Shown here piece after piece: positions 28,280 to 41,091 of a stretch of DNA of 64,000 nucleotides. Position 1 is the first letter of the stretch. The number at the start of each line of letters is the position of its first letter. Location: contig CM082583.2 in NCBI GenBank assembly GCA_040954595.2, positions 12,996,987-13,060,986 of the forward strand. Direction: 5' to 3'. The DNA is from Balanoglossus misakiensis. Taxonomy: Eukaryota; Animalia; Hemichordata. A program made the position numbers and the translations under genes. Under the pieces are notes generated by a model that was given only the letters and a program-made list of their open reading frames with translations, made no database searches and was not told the origin of the DNA.

Positions 28280-31200
28280 ATGCCACCCAAAGGAAAGGGA
28301 AAGCAGGTATGGTTCCACGTCTTTCTTAGTTGACACATGCCTTCAGTTGCCAGAAAATCTCGTGCTAGTTACATGTCAACATATCTGAGCTGGATGTTTT
28401 GCACGAGATGTTACAATATCAGGGTGCTTTTGTGTACTAAATTGATTTCTGAAACAAACAACTGAATAATTATAGATTTTTGTGTAATCGTCTCCTTTAA
28501 ATATGTGATGATATTTGCGTGTATCCGTCGGAACATTATATACCGACATTTTACTTGTTCACTTTGAAAGTGAGTGAACCAACCAGTCTGGGGCCTTGTG
28601 GCAACTGGCATGGCAACATGTCTTGCCCATCACCAAGACGTGAATACCAGTAACTCGGAAGCCACTTAACACTGAAATATCACCTGGATTTGGGCAATTT
28701 AAAAGAACAACACAGTTTTAAAACTGCTTATATGTTTTTGTGGACTAATTACAGAGGTTTCTCCATTTATTTCAAACAGGCTCCAGTTGTCCAACAACAA
28801 GGGCCAAAGAGAGGTCGCCCAAGCAGAGTCAGTGTAGCTCCTGGAAGAGCACCTTTTCTGAGAGTAAGTTTTAAAAGAAAAACAAAACATGAAAAATTGT
28901 CAAAGACAGTAGAAAAATATATTAGAATTAGAAATCATACTAATGTGTAATGGGTCAGTAAGATAAGTGAAACCCCATTTGTTCGTTTCCCCCTTAAGTG
29001 CATGTGTACTATGTAGTGCCAGTGGACATGGTTACTTATAAAAGTACATATCAGCTGACTGCATAGTATGTACTCTAATGACTTTATTTACACATATGCT
29101 TCACAGTTTTTTTCTGTCTGTGCAAAATAAACATGCATAAACAATGTAACAAATTTAATACCCACTTAATTGTTCTGGATCTGTTTTTTGCTGTCAGGAG
29201 AAGATAGAAATCAAGGAGGTTTGTTTAATTATAATTAAAGGGGTACGCACAATATGCATGATGAATGGTGCACCTCCTTTATGAGCTTAATATAAAAGGA
29301 AATTGATTACTTTGGTGAATATTTAAATGGAAAACAACAACTATGCACCACACATATGTTCATTAATAAGAACTAAGTGAGAACCAGAGATTGAGAATTG
29401 CTCCTTTAAGTGAAGTAATTAGTTGTCTGGGCTACATAGTAGAAGTTTCAGTACAATTTCTACAAACGTACTTCACTTGTGCATGGCAAATAGTTGCTTG
29501 TTTACAATGGAAAGACATTCTGGGTGGTTTGAATATGTTTGGGGATTTCTTATCACTACCATGTACACAGTAAGTTACATTATATTTGAACTATAGGTCT
29601 ACCACTGCACCAGATACTATTTAAGAATATTTCTTAGAACATTTATGCATATTGCAGAGGTGATGGTGTGATTGGTCTAGCTACTCTACTGTTAGTTTTT
29701 GATTAAAAAAATGAAAGATTCATACTCTGTTTTTCACTGTGTTACAGGATGATGATGACATGACAGAGACTGGTGATGGTCAAGGTGGAGATGACTGGAT
29801 GCAAGTAAGTACAGAAGCCATTCACTGAATTTATGTTGTGTCAGACATATACCTTTTGTCACAGTAACACTTCAGCACAATTCTGTTAACCTATTGACTT
29901 GAACACTCTACAAATCATCATCAGAGGGTACACTGAATGTTTATCTAGAGAGATAAAAGTTATATGGGGTTATTTTTCATATTCCATGGTTCAGAATTAC
30001 TTGTACCATACACACTGTCACATCACTGTCTTGTCTCAAATGTAACTGCACTGTCTTTGTCAACTCTTTATATCCTTCATTCTTTTCACTGTTTATTCAC
30101 TGGAATAATGATAATTTCTTATAAACGTAAGTATCTTGCTCGGACATACACCACGCCATATGTCATAATATTTATCTGCTTGCATGTGGTATTTCAAATG
30201 CATGATGTAAAGTGTGTTATGGTTACCATGACTGCGTGTAAATGAACAAGGGTGACCATTTTTGCAGTGAGGGAGATTTTTTTGTATGGTCCCTCCCTGG
30301 ATTTTGTGGTTTACATTGTCCATAGTAAAATCTAGACCAGTTGTTATTGACGGATGTCCAGAATGATGAACATGCATGGTTGTGGAAGTTGCGGTGGTTG
30401 TACATCTTGATCGAATCTTTAAGAATTGTTTTAGCTGTCGTTCTCCCCAAAGTGGACATGTCATCGTTCATTAACTTTCAGTTCCCTAATTTTGCCTGAT
30501 CTTGTATACTATTGCAGCCCAAGACATTGGTCAAACCTGATGACCAGTTGGACCTAACAGAGGGTGAATTAAAGGAAGAGTTTACCCGCATTCTGACAGC
30601 CAATAATCCACATGCTCCACAAAATATCGTTAGATTCAGTTTTAAGGTAAGTGATTTTGTATACAGTGTAGTGATATACTTTATATGTGTTTTTGGCAGA
30701 CACATCAGTCAGTATTGCATTCACCTATAAAACATATTATCTTGTCTTCTCACAGGAAAGATGTTTCAAGCAGACATCCAGCGTAGACCAGTTGGCCATC
30801 CATTTTGCCCTGGATGGCAACATGCTTCACAAAGACTCTGATGAGGCAAGGAGACAACTGGCAAAAGCCGGTGTAGGAGAAGGTAATTAATAAGTGTTTG
30901 AGTATATTGAGACAATTATCTGTTGGAAAGCCAGGAGTCTTGTGAATGTGAATTCCGGGTTTTGGCAGTCCTACATGTAAAAATGTGAATGGTTTACAAT
31001 TTCCCATGTGTAAATCAACTGAGCTGTGAAAGCTTAAGTTTTAATAGTTTCTGTACTAATTCTTTGTGTCTTGTTCTGTATAAATTAACTTTCTGACATG
31101 CATTGATTTCTACATCTGTTTTTTCTACTTCTTCACTAACACTCTGAACTTTAAGGCTTTTACGCTCTGCGATCCAAAAGTGGTAGGTGATTTACATGCA

Positions 31201-33947
31201 CAGTAGGTTTTAGTAACTTGGAAGAATGCCCATGATTTCATGTGTGATGCTTTTTTGTGTTCAAAGCCACCTTGAATTTGGCACAGCAGTAGTGGCTGTG
31301 ACAGCAATTTAATGCATGTGCTTGTCTTGCAGTGCATATGCCCATTGGTGGTGCATTGTGACAGTTACACTTGTGTTTGTGTTCATGTATTGAATTGCCA
31401 GCTGAAAGTGCAAATCAACTTTGGAGAGACTCACTGTGAATGCAGAGACAGACTCACTGTTTCAAAGTTGCTTTTTGTGTGTTGGCCTTCTCTAAAGTAG
31501 TTCAGTTGTCATTGCCAGTGGATTGCATAGGCTTAGTTCAACCTTTGACCCTGCTAGACAGCCCTGCCTCTGAAGTACATGTATGCATGCCGCATTCATT
31601 CTTTCCCCCCCCCTCCCACCCACACCCCTTTCTGTGATGTTGTCTCTAGAGCAATCCAGTCGACCAATGTTACATTGGTGTTGTTGGGTGGATTGGGTGG
31701 TCATGCACAACATAAATGTAGACCCAGCATTCTCTGTTCTAAGAGGGCAGTATCCACCATCTCGAGTTTTTATATAAGAACTACTTGATATGAATGATTT
31801 TAATTTCTGTGTTGTGGCAATCAGGTGAAAGTGAAACAACACTGACGCTGTGTTTTCATCCCATTCTTCTCCAGCTATCAGTGAGCAAACCATCAGTGAA
31901 GCTGGTGAAGAGAAGAAAGAAGAAGGCGATGAAGAGGTTAGCTTTCTTGTTTTTATCTCACTTACACTAAATAAACATACACATTCATGTTGATTTGAGA
32001 GGGCACTTTTTTGCCAGTCCTTTCTCGTAATCATATATAATCATAATTCAAAGTGCTTTCAGTTTGATCCATTATCACGATTCTTTGAATCTCATGTTTG
32101 CTGGAATACACTTAATTTTGGACTAAACGGACTTTGACATGATTTACCCATTGTTTATTGTTTTAAACTCAACTGAAAATATCAAATCATTTTCCTCTCT
32201 GCCTCTTCACTCATATAAAGAGGACAGAGGGAGGGTTTGAGGAATTTGAGTTTGATTCTGTCTTTGGTGATGATGAGGTGGGTCTACATGTAAATTTTGT
32301 CCGGAGTGTTAGCATCTGTTACCCTCTATCGTCCTCTACCCAATTCCCTTGAAATGAAACCATCCCGAAATTCACTTTTTTGAGAAAAAGAGGGGTGTTT
32401 TTGTCCAGTGTGACAGGAATGAGGATGGCCTTGAATTATTCACTTTTACAGCTTCATCAAGCTGCCTTTTTTGCCGTTCCAAACTGGATTGAATTTTGAA
32501 ATTTGCCTGCAAGGACAGTTGAATCATCAGTGTCATTTTTTTCACTCACACAAGCACATGTTCTTTGGCATCATGTGTGTTTCAGCATGATGCATGAGTT
32601 TTGTAATTGTCAACATGATCTTACAGGTTGTCACACACATAAACAGGGTTTGCATACATGCATCCCCCCACCCATGCCCATGTGTATCTACCTGCTTGTA
32701 CAGACCAGAACATACATGTACAGCATGTCCATACATACATCCTGCTAGAGTGCTTAATTAATTATTGTCAGCTGAGCTTTCATGCTGTATCCCATTCCAT
32801 CGCTGTATTATGTTCATCCTTCTCATACATATTTCTGCTCCATGCATTTTAAAACTCACATTAAATATAGGGAACAAAGACTCCAGTGATATCCCCAGAG
32901 GTGAGAGTGACATAGATTGTTCTAGGTGTTTCGTGTAAATCAAGATATGTGTGCTTTATTCACTTTCATTGCTTGCACTCACCCTCATTTGCTATACTCC
33001 ACTGACCCCATTGTACACTGTACTGGACATTCAGTCCGATTATTATTTCTACCCATTGCAACTCACATCTCTGATAATTGTCTTCTTCCATGCGTGTGGC
33101 TCACAGACTGTGTGCATGTACTCTTCTCTGAATTCACTACTCCTGATCAATAATGCGCTTTTCCAAACTTTTAAAACGTTTTAAAGGTATACGGTCTTCC
33201 ACCCAAAGTTGAATTGCAAGTAATCAGATCAGTATCTGACTTTCAGGGTGATATCTCTCCAAGAAAACATGTCAGACTTCACCCTCAGCACTGTGTGCAC
33301 CATGTGTGTGATTCGCTCACATCTCCAGCACAAATGTAGTGTTTAGGGCCAAGAAATTTGAGTGCTGTATGATAATGTATTTTTGTTATCCCATAATGCA
33401 ATGCAGGGAGGGGAAGAAGCAGGTGATAAACGCGAAGAAGAGACCACAACACCGGCACCGACTGGAGGCCAAAAACTGACCAATCAGTTTAATTTCAGTG
33501 AGAGGGCGTCACAGACTTACAATAATCCTTACAGGGTGAGTAACAGTATTCTACATATAATCACACAGTCTGATGATCCATTCACTGTGAGATTTCAGGT
33601 TCCAATCAAATTTGTGGACTTCATTAAATATTATATTTCACACTTCAATCCTCTGCAGGAACGTGGCACAGCCACAGAACCCCCACCAAGAGCAACATTC
33701 TCCTCGAATGCCACTCAATGGGAAATTTTTGATGCCTACGTTGAAGACATGGAAAGACAGGTAATGTATTTTATGTCACCACTTCGTAACAACATCATCA
33801 TGATTACAAAATTCAAGTTATTCTCATTGTTACTTAATATTTTCAACCCATACAGTATTGTTAACTTTATACACTGTATCATTATGTTTGCTAATAAAGA
33901 CAAGAACTTTGTATGAAAAGTGAGTGTAGCACTGTACAATATTTTAC

Positions 33948-33995
<48 letters not shown>

Positions 33996-36900
33996 ATTAA
34001 TGATGTGTTCTTGATGTTTTCTTTTTCCCCCTTATCTATGGTTTTTGGCCTTTTTTCACTGGTACAGGATGCTTTAAAGGTTGCTCTTCGTTTTTTCATC
34101 ATTCACATTATTTTCTCAGTTCTTGACATCTGTCAACACCATCCAGTAGTCACATTGTGCAATGCAATACTTTTGCTTTGCAAGTTCCTCTTTAGTTCCA
34201 TACTGATTCCTGTCTCTCCATGTCATGCCATAAAACAAGACAAAACAATTCCTTAAAGAATAAAGATCTCATGACCTTTTTGACCTTTTCTCTATTCCGC
34301 CTGTGCACTTCAAAAAGTTTTCTGTTATAATTTTTTCCTGCATAAGATTTCTAGGTTGTTTTCTGGTATGTGAAACTTACATTTTTCCACCAGTAGAAGA
34401 TTGTCTCTTTCAGAGTAAATTTAGACTGTGTAAATGATGCTTGTTTTTTCGTTTCAGCTGCATGCTGCTTCTCGTAGAGTTCTTTGTGTGTTCCCAATTA
34501 TACTCTGCTTTGTTTCAAGTGACAACATTAGTTTCACCACATTTTCCCCCCATCCCTTTCTTTCTGACTAAGACCATTAACCGTTAATTTGGATCAGCAC
34601 ACACAAGCTGTCAACTAATGTGGGCATGATACTTACGGGTGCTGGTTCGAAAACAAAAATTGACGAAATATGTTTTGCAGTCAAGCTGTAAATTATCAGC
34701 GATTTAAGTGAACCTGCAACAAAGTTTAGCAGTTGACAGTTACAGTATTTGCCAAAACCTCTCATGTCCAGCTTGCTTTACTGAACAATTGCATTGATGC
34801 AAAAACGTGAAAGTTTTCCCCCCTGCCTCCAAATTTTGAACGGGATGGGGTACAAGTGATGGAAATCTCTGCTACCGGCAAATGCGCCGGAATTTGAAAC
34901 AGTGCTGTCTGAGAGTAACAAACAAACAAGCAAACATTCTCGCTAATGATTATCACCTCTTTACAAACCAGCGCAAGCTACAAACACTGATTATTGTGAT
35001 TTTTTCCCTTTTTTGTTTCTTTTTCCCCCATCAATTTGCATGCACTCTATGTCGGCGTTATTCAATGGGAAACTCCTGAATACAGGCTGAGGTTGGATGA
35101 TTATATATTTACATTCATTGTGTGCTGTATACCCTTCTCTACTTAACAAAAAGAAACTGCTAACAGTAACACACTCATAGGAACTCTAATATATTGCAAT
35201 GAGCTTTCTACCTCATCTTTTATCTGCACCATTTTACATGTAGCTGAGAAGGAAAAAATTGTAATGGTAGCTCAACACATTAGCAAGGGGATTGATAGCC
35301 CTGATAATTTTTCACTAATATTTCCTGTCTTTCAATGTACATGTAGTGGCTTCTCATAGGGTGTAACTGGTAATAGCTCTCTTATTACAGGTATTGATAG
35401 AAGTAAAATGTAACGGAAAAGGGAATTCTTGTTTGGGTTTTTTTGGCTTTCCATGCAGAACTAAATTGTGGGTAACAATGCGTGAACTCATAATTATCCT
35501 TAAAGCTCTGGTGTCAAACAAGCATTGCCATTATCAAAAACTCCATGGTTAAAATTCCAACCAAGCGTTCCCATGCTTTTCCTTGGAATTAATTTAAAGG
35601 AAACCATCAACATTATAATTTTTAAAGATAAATCACCAACTTTCCCGGTGTCATACTTATCCAAGCAAGCGGCACACAATCGCTGGGGAAAAAAATCATC
35701 AGACATCAACTGAAAGCCATAAAAATCACATTTGAAACATCCCAAAAATAAAATCAAGAAAATGCAGGACACCTTCACACAGCTACAGCAGTGCATTGTA
35801 TTGCGCAGAGCAAATCAGTGTCCAGTGCGTACTCATTCAGGAGGAAACTCTAGTCTGAATGCGCAGTCCCCTGAGGGCGCTATGTGAGCACAGAGCCACC
35901 TTGAAGGACTCAGCTTTTCAGCGTAAAGGGGATTGTGTTCTGTGTGGTACACTATAATCACAATATAAAAACTCAATAATCAGTTTGCTTCTGCAGAATC
36001 CATCATTTCAACTACAGTAGCTGCGCATTATATAAAGACGATTTTATACCTCACAAAAAAAGAACATGAACACATGCATTGTGCTGTAAACTTGCTGCCT
36101 GTAGGGAAAGATGCAGTTTTAGTAATAAGCATTTTCTCTGTAGTCAATAGAACTTTGATGGGTGCCTTAATTTTTAAGTTAAGCTACCCTACACAATACA
36201 TATTGTGCACCCTTTTTATTTTAATGTGTGGTTATTGGTAAAAAAACTGAAAAGAGCTAAAGAGTTCTTGAATGCTGCCCCAATTGCCTGATATATCACA
36301 ACATGATGATGTTTTGCACTCTTGCAACCTGTTTGCAGTTTTGGTGATTGTTGTGTTCAAAGAATACACACACAAATTTGTCGACCTCATAAAAACAACT
36401 TCCCATTTCTGAGCCTTAATTTGATTCTGGTGAATGTCTGCAATATTGTTTTATTTTCACAAACGTTAATAAGTTGAGTGCAAATTTCTGACATTTTGGC
36501 CAATCTGAACTTTTTTTCCGTGTCGCAATTGCAGGAGAAATCGAAAGAGAAGAAACAGGCCATGTTGAAGAAAGATGAGGAGAAAACCAAGAAGAAACTG
36601 ACCGCGGTGGAAACCCAGGGAGACGATATCTCTCGAATTGCCAGGGCCGCCAAGATCATGGAGAGAATGGTCAACCAGAACACATTTGATGACATCGCAC
36701 AGGGTGAGAATCAAAACAGAAAAAAAATGATGTTGAACCTTTGTGGCACATGTCATCACCATGAATAAGCTCTTGATACATTCTCTTTGTTTTCTTTTTC
36801 CTTAGATTTCAAATACTGGGAAGATGTGTCGGACGAGTTCAGAGAACAGGAAGGAACACTGCTTCCCTTGTGGAAGTTCTCCTATGACAAAGCCAAGAGA

Positions 36901-39900
36901 CTGGCTGTCACTGCTTTGTGCTGGAATCCGAGATATGTAGATCTCTTTGCTGTAGGACATGGATCATGTAAGTCAGCTCTGTATTTTCTGCCAATACCAC
37001 TTGACCACTGTTCAACAGATGATTGCAAAGACTGGTGTTTCAGGGAGCACTGAGGGAACAGTTCACATTCATACATGTGCTGCACTACAACGGCTACACA
37101 CAGATCACCATCATGACACTCAACTCATAACCACTCTTTCAGACGACTTCATGAAGCAGACGCAAGGCATGTTGTGCTGTTACTCCATGAAGAATCCCTC
37201 CTTTCCCGAGTTCATTTTCCCGGTGGACAGCGGAATCATGTGTCTGGACGTCCACCCGGAACACCCGTATCTCTGCGCAGTCGGTTTCTATGACGGATCG
37301 GTTGGCGTTTACAGTCTCGTTGAGAAAATGGTGAAACCCTTGTACAGGAGCACAGCCAAGACGGGTAAACACACAGATCCCGTGTGGCAGGTGAGAAGTA
37401 TACTAACAATCTCAATTTCCTTCATGGTGTACAATGCTGTGTCTGTTATCGGCATTCCAACAGGTGACAGGTCACCCATGGGTCATATAACACACAAATG
37501 ACACACAGCGAAATAGTCCCCAAACCTACTCACACAAAATCGTTGTTTGTCTCTCAGGTCGCATGGCAAAAGGATGATTTGGACAACAACCTCAATTTCT
37601 TCTCAGTGTCATCAGATGGCAGAGTGGTGTCATGGACATTAGTCAAGGTAAGCCTTTGTACTTTCGGAACAGACAAGAGCTGTGTGCTTAGTCTCAGTAA
37701 TAATGGAAAGTACTCTTTTGTATACACCTAATCATTTGCAAAAGTGTCTTTATATTTACCCTATAACCCTCTGTATGTGTTTCACCTTGTACAGAATGAG
37801 TTGATCCACACCGATATCATCACATTGAACATGGATGAAGCACCAGCAGAAGGCCCAGACGGAACACAGATAATTACATTAGGTCAGTTCCATACATGCA
37901 CTTTGATATAGCTTCTTGGCATTCAGAAACATCTGTATCTCAGTGTCCTATGGTTTGTCTTGAGAGTTTAACAAATAAAATCTGCAGATATGTCTATGTG
38001 TCATCCTCAGAAAAAGGTAAATATGATATTTGACAAATATTTTACTTATGTTTATTTTCTTTCGACAGGCTCTGGAACTTGCTTTGATTTCCACAAGCAG
38101 ACAGATTATTTATTCTTAGTTGGCACAGAAGAAGGAAAGATTCACAAATGTTCCAAAGCATACTCGAGTCAGTTCCTGGACACATTCGATGCCCACCACA
38201 TGGCAGTCTACAAAGTGCAGTGGAATATGTTCCATCCCAAGATCTTCATTTCGTGCAGTGCTGACTGGAGTGTCAAGATCTGGGATTGCTCCTACACGTA
38301 AGTTGTTGTTTTGCACTACTCAGTGTCTATCATCAGATGATTGCTGTGGGATTTGAATAACATGCAAGTGCATGAGATAGCTTGTACTCAAGCCACCAAA
38401 TCTCCGAGTACAAATATCCCAGCCATGTTGAGACTCACACTCACAATCCCCCTTCAGATGATGTCACTTCTGTTACTGATGCTTAGCTGAGGATGTGCAA
38501 CTCTCATTGCAATTTCATGAAGTTCTGCACATTATTTCACAGGAAAGGACCAATGTTCACCTTTGACCTGGGAAGCTCTGTTGGAGATGTAGCTTGGGCA
38601 CCATACTCATCAACAGTGTTTGCTGCTGTCACAGCCGATGGCAAGGTGAGTGTTTAACGTCGTGAATCAATTAATAGAGCAGTAGACAGTACAATATAGG
38701 TAGATGCTGAAATGTTACGCATGTTTCATCATTTCTGTCACTGTTTTGTTTTGTGTAGGTATTTGTGTATGATCTGAATGTCAACAAGTATGAGCCGGTA
38801 TGTGAACAGGCTGTGGTGCAGAAAAAGAAAACCAAGCTGACACACATATCGTTCAATCCAGCACATCCCATTGTGATTGTCGGTGATGACAGGTAAGCGC
38901 TGTTTTAATGGAACCAGGGTGATACATGTGTGGTATAGCCCTGTTCCTAGAGTACTTTTTTCTTGTCCAGAAATAAACCCTATAGGATATGGAATATGCA
39001 TGATAGTAATTGCATTTCTTCTGCATTTTTACAGAGGTCATGTGACCAGCGTGAAGCTGTCACCCAATCTCAGAAAGGTACCAAAGGTAAGCCATCTGTT
39101 TTCAGTAACTCAACAACTGGTTTATTTCCAAGTCAGTTTTTGATAGGTTTTGTTACAAATAGTTTAATGTAGTAAAATAACTTGCAAAGAGGGGTAAAGT
39201 CAAATACAGCTACAAGCTATGATTGTGAAGTACAATGTAGTCTGGAACTGTAATTAACAAACTTGTCAATCATTTTTCCGAAAAGGGTGGTGCCACTATT
39301 GGTGATTACATCAAGGGTAATATTGAAGGAAACTTCTTTTTGGAAATTTTTTACCAAGCATGAAGTTTGTTTGATTTTTTTTGGAGTTCAAACTGCTTGG
39401 TTTATGATACAGTCCCAGGAAGACCTTTACCCAGTATGCAGTATGACAGAATGCAAACTGTTCATTTGGATTTGGAGTGCAGTGTTCTCTGGCAATGGAC
39501 AGTGTCGTTTATTTTGCATTACCTATGAAGAAAAATCCACCCATAACCTTTGCTCCCAATTTGTCTTTGGTGTTTCAACCTGTCTTGAGATTAAGTTACA
39601 AGGAAAATGTTTCATTTTCAATGATTGTTTTTGGATATTTTTTAATTTTTGCACTGTAGTGTTGATTTTACCTCAAGCCACAGCAATGTCTGACTGTGTA
39701 CATAATCTGACAGTGGCATCCGACACAAATTTGTGTCACCCTTTGCAGTCATAGATATAGTCAGTTAAAATGGCGACAACTCTGGCACAAGCCTTTGCTA
39801 CAAGACCAGTGGCAGCTCAGCAGCTAAGGGCTTGACTCATAGAATAGTAGCTATGGCAGTTGCCACTATTGACACTGGAAAACACAAGTGTGTACACATC

Positions 39901-40155
39901 ACAGAGATCCAAACTGTGTATACAGCAGCGTGTGAGGAACCTTATCGCAATGTCAATCTCATCCCAATCTTTCCATATTTCATATTTAATAGTATGCAGT
40001 TACCCCTCGCAATCCTCAGTTATGGTCTGAATATGGTTTTCTTCTACTTTCCACAGGAAAAGAAGGGAGTGGAAGCAAACATAGGTCCCGAGAAAGAGAT
40101 TGCCAAGATGGATAAACTCCTAGCACTGGTCAGAGAACCACCACAGAACAAGTAA
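28280..40155 (+). CDS. DNAI1: Dynein axonemal intermediate chain 1 (outer-arm dynein WD40 intermediate chain)
   Basis: Exons run from MPPKGKGKQ (28280) through [142 protein letters not shown] and VKLSPNLRK, ending [19 protein letters not shown] (40155). Confidence 0.97.
31156..35091 (+). other. Five candidate alternative microexons of DNAI1 (31156-31182, 32871-32900, 33187-33219, 34068-34079, 35086-35091)
   Basis: Each is AG/GT bounded, a multiple of 3 in length, stop-free in the phase set by its flanking constitutive exons, and preceded by an ~80-135 nt AG-free, pyrimidine-rich zone. Confidence 0.55.
33951..33995. repeat. (GAT)15 microsatellite in a DNAI1 intron
   Basis: The gatgatgat... 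array is seen directly. Confidence 0.95.
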
Positions 40156-41091
40156 ACGATCTTGTGGACCCATGCAAGAAGGAAACAAATGATTGCAAAA
40201 TTCTGAACGCATTATCCGAGAGTGGTAGAATCAAACCTTGGATGCAGTCTGTGAGCACACACAGAAAATGAATGTATGACATTTTATGGTCAAGAACACC
40301 AGGCTACTGTATAAAAGATCTCCTCTCTACAATTTCTGTTTACCAGATTTTGTAGAGTGAATATTTGTATATTGTATTATATTTAAGTAGGTATTCTCAC
40401 AAAAATATGGAATAAACAAATTCACATTTTAATTGGTTGCAATTACTTGAAAGGACCTAGGTTTTATTGTAGTAAACTCATCTGTTTACATTTTTTCTTC
40501 TGTTTTGTTGTCTTGTAACATTAAGTCCTGTGTACAGTGCTTCTAAATTAGGGGAAGTAGACATAGATAGATGCATGTATATTTACTTTAAATTTGAGCA
40601 GACTGCACTGGTACCAACCAGTTCTATGTACCCTGGTACATGATATGAGTCCACTGGACTTGTGGACTATTTTCTGAATGTTGCTTTCTTTAAAAAAATA
40701 TTGCAATAGTCAAGTGTAAAAACTGCTCGTGTGGTAGAGATCAAGGGCTGATGAACTGCCATACAGTTCTTTGTTGCATTGTAAATTACACCCGTATTTT
40801 CAATAAAAAAAGTTCTTCGTATTTTCGTCTGTCTAAGTGTGTGTTGAACATGGTGGGGTTTTTTTTTTTAGTGATGTCAACTCATCTTAACTTCACACCC
40901 ATTATTTTGGGAAGTACTGACACAAATTAAAATGCTTGGTTTAGTCATGTTTTATTCTCAAGTTAAAAGTTTTACAAAAGAGTAAATTCACTAGGTGCTG
41001 TGGATGACTGATGACATATTCACATGATCAACTTCATGCTTGAAAAATACATCTCCCCAGGCTAAGCAACCAACCAGTAAAAAGCCTTGTT

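Noticed and set aside
30100-30132. Strong donor AAC|GTAAGT in DNAI1 intron 3, as another microexon
   Set aside because: There is no nearby upstream AG, and the phase-0 frame contains a stop.
30093-30471. Two overlapping minus-strand ORFs (123 and 82 aa) in a DNAI1 intron, as a nested gene
   Set aside because: No recognisable motif and no supporting splice or poly(A) structure; consistent with chance ORFs.
31650-31690. Possible exon after the poly-C/Y tract (ctag|AGCAATCC...)
   Set aside because: The acceptor looks plausible, but no reasonable donor gives a frame-preserving phase 1-1 exon.
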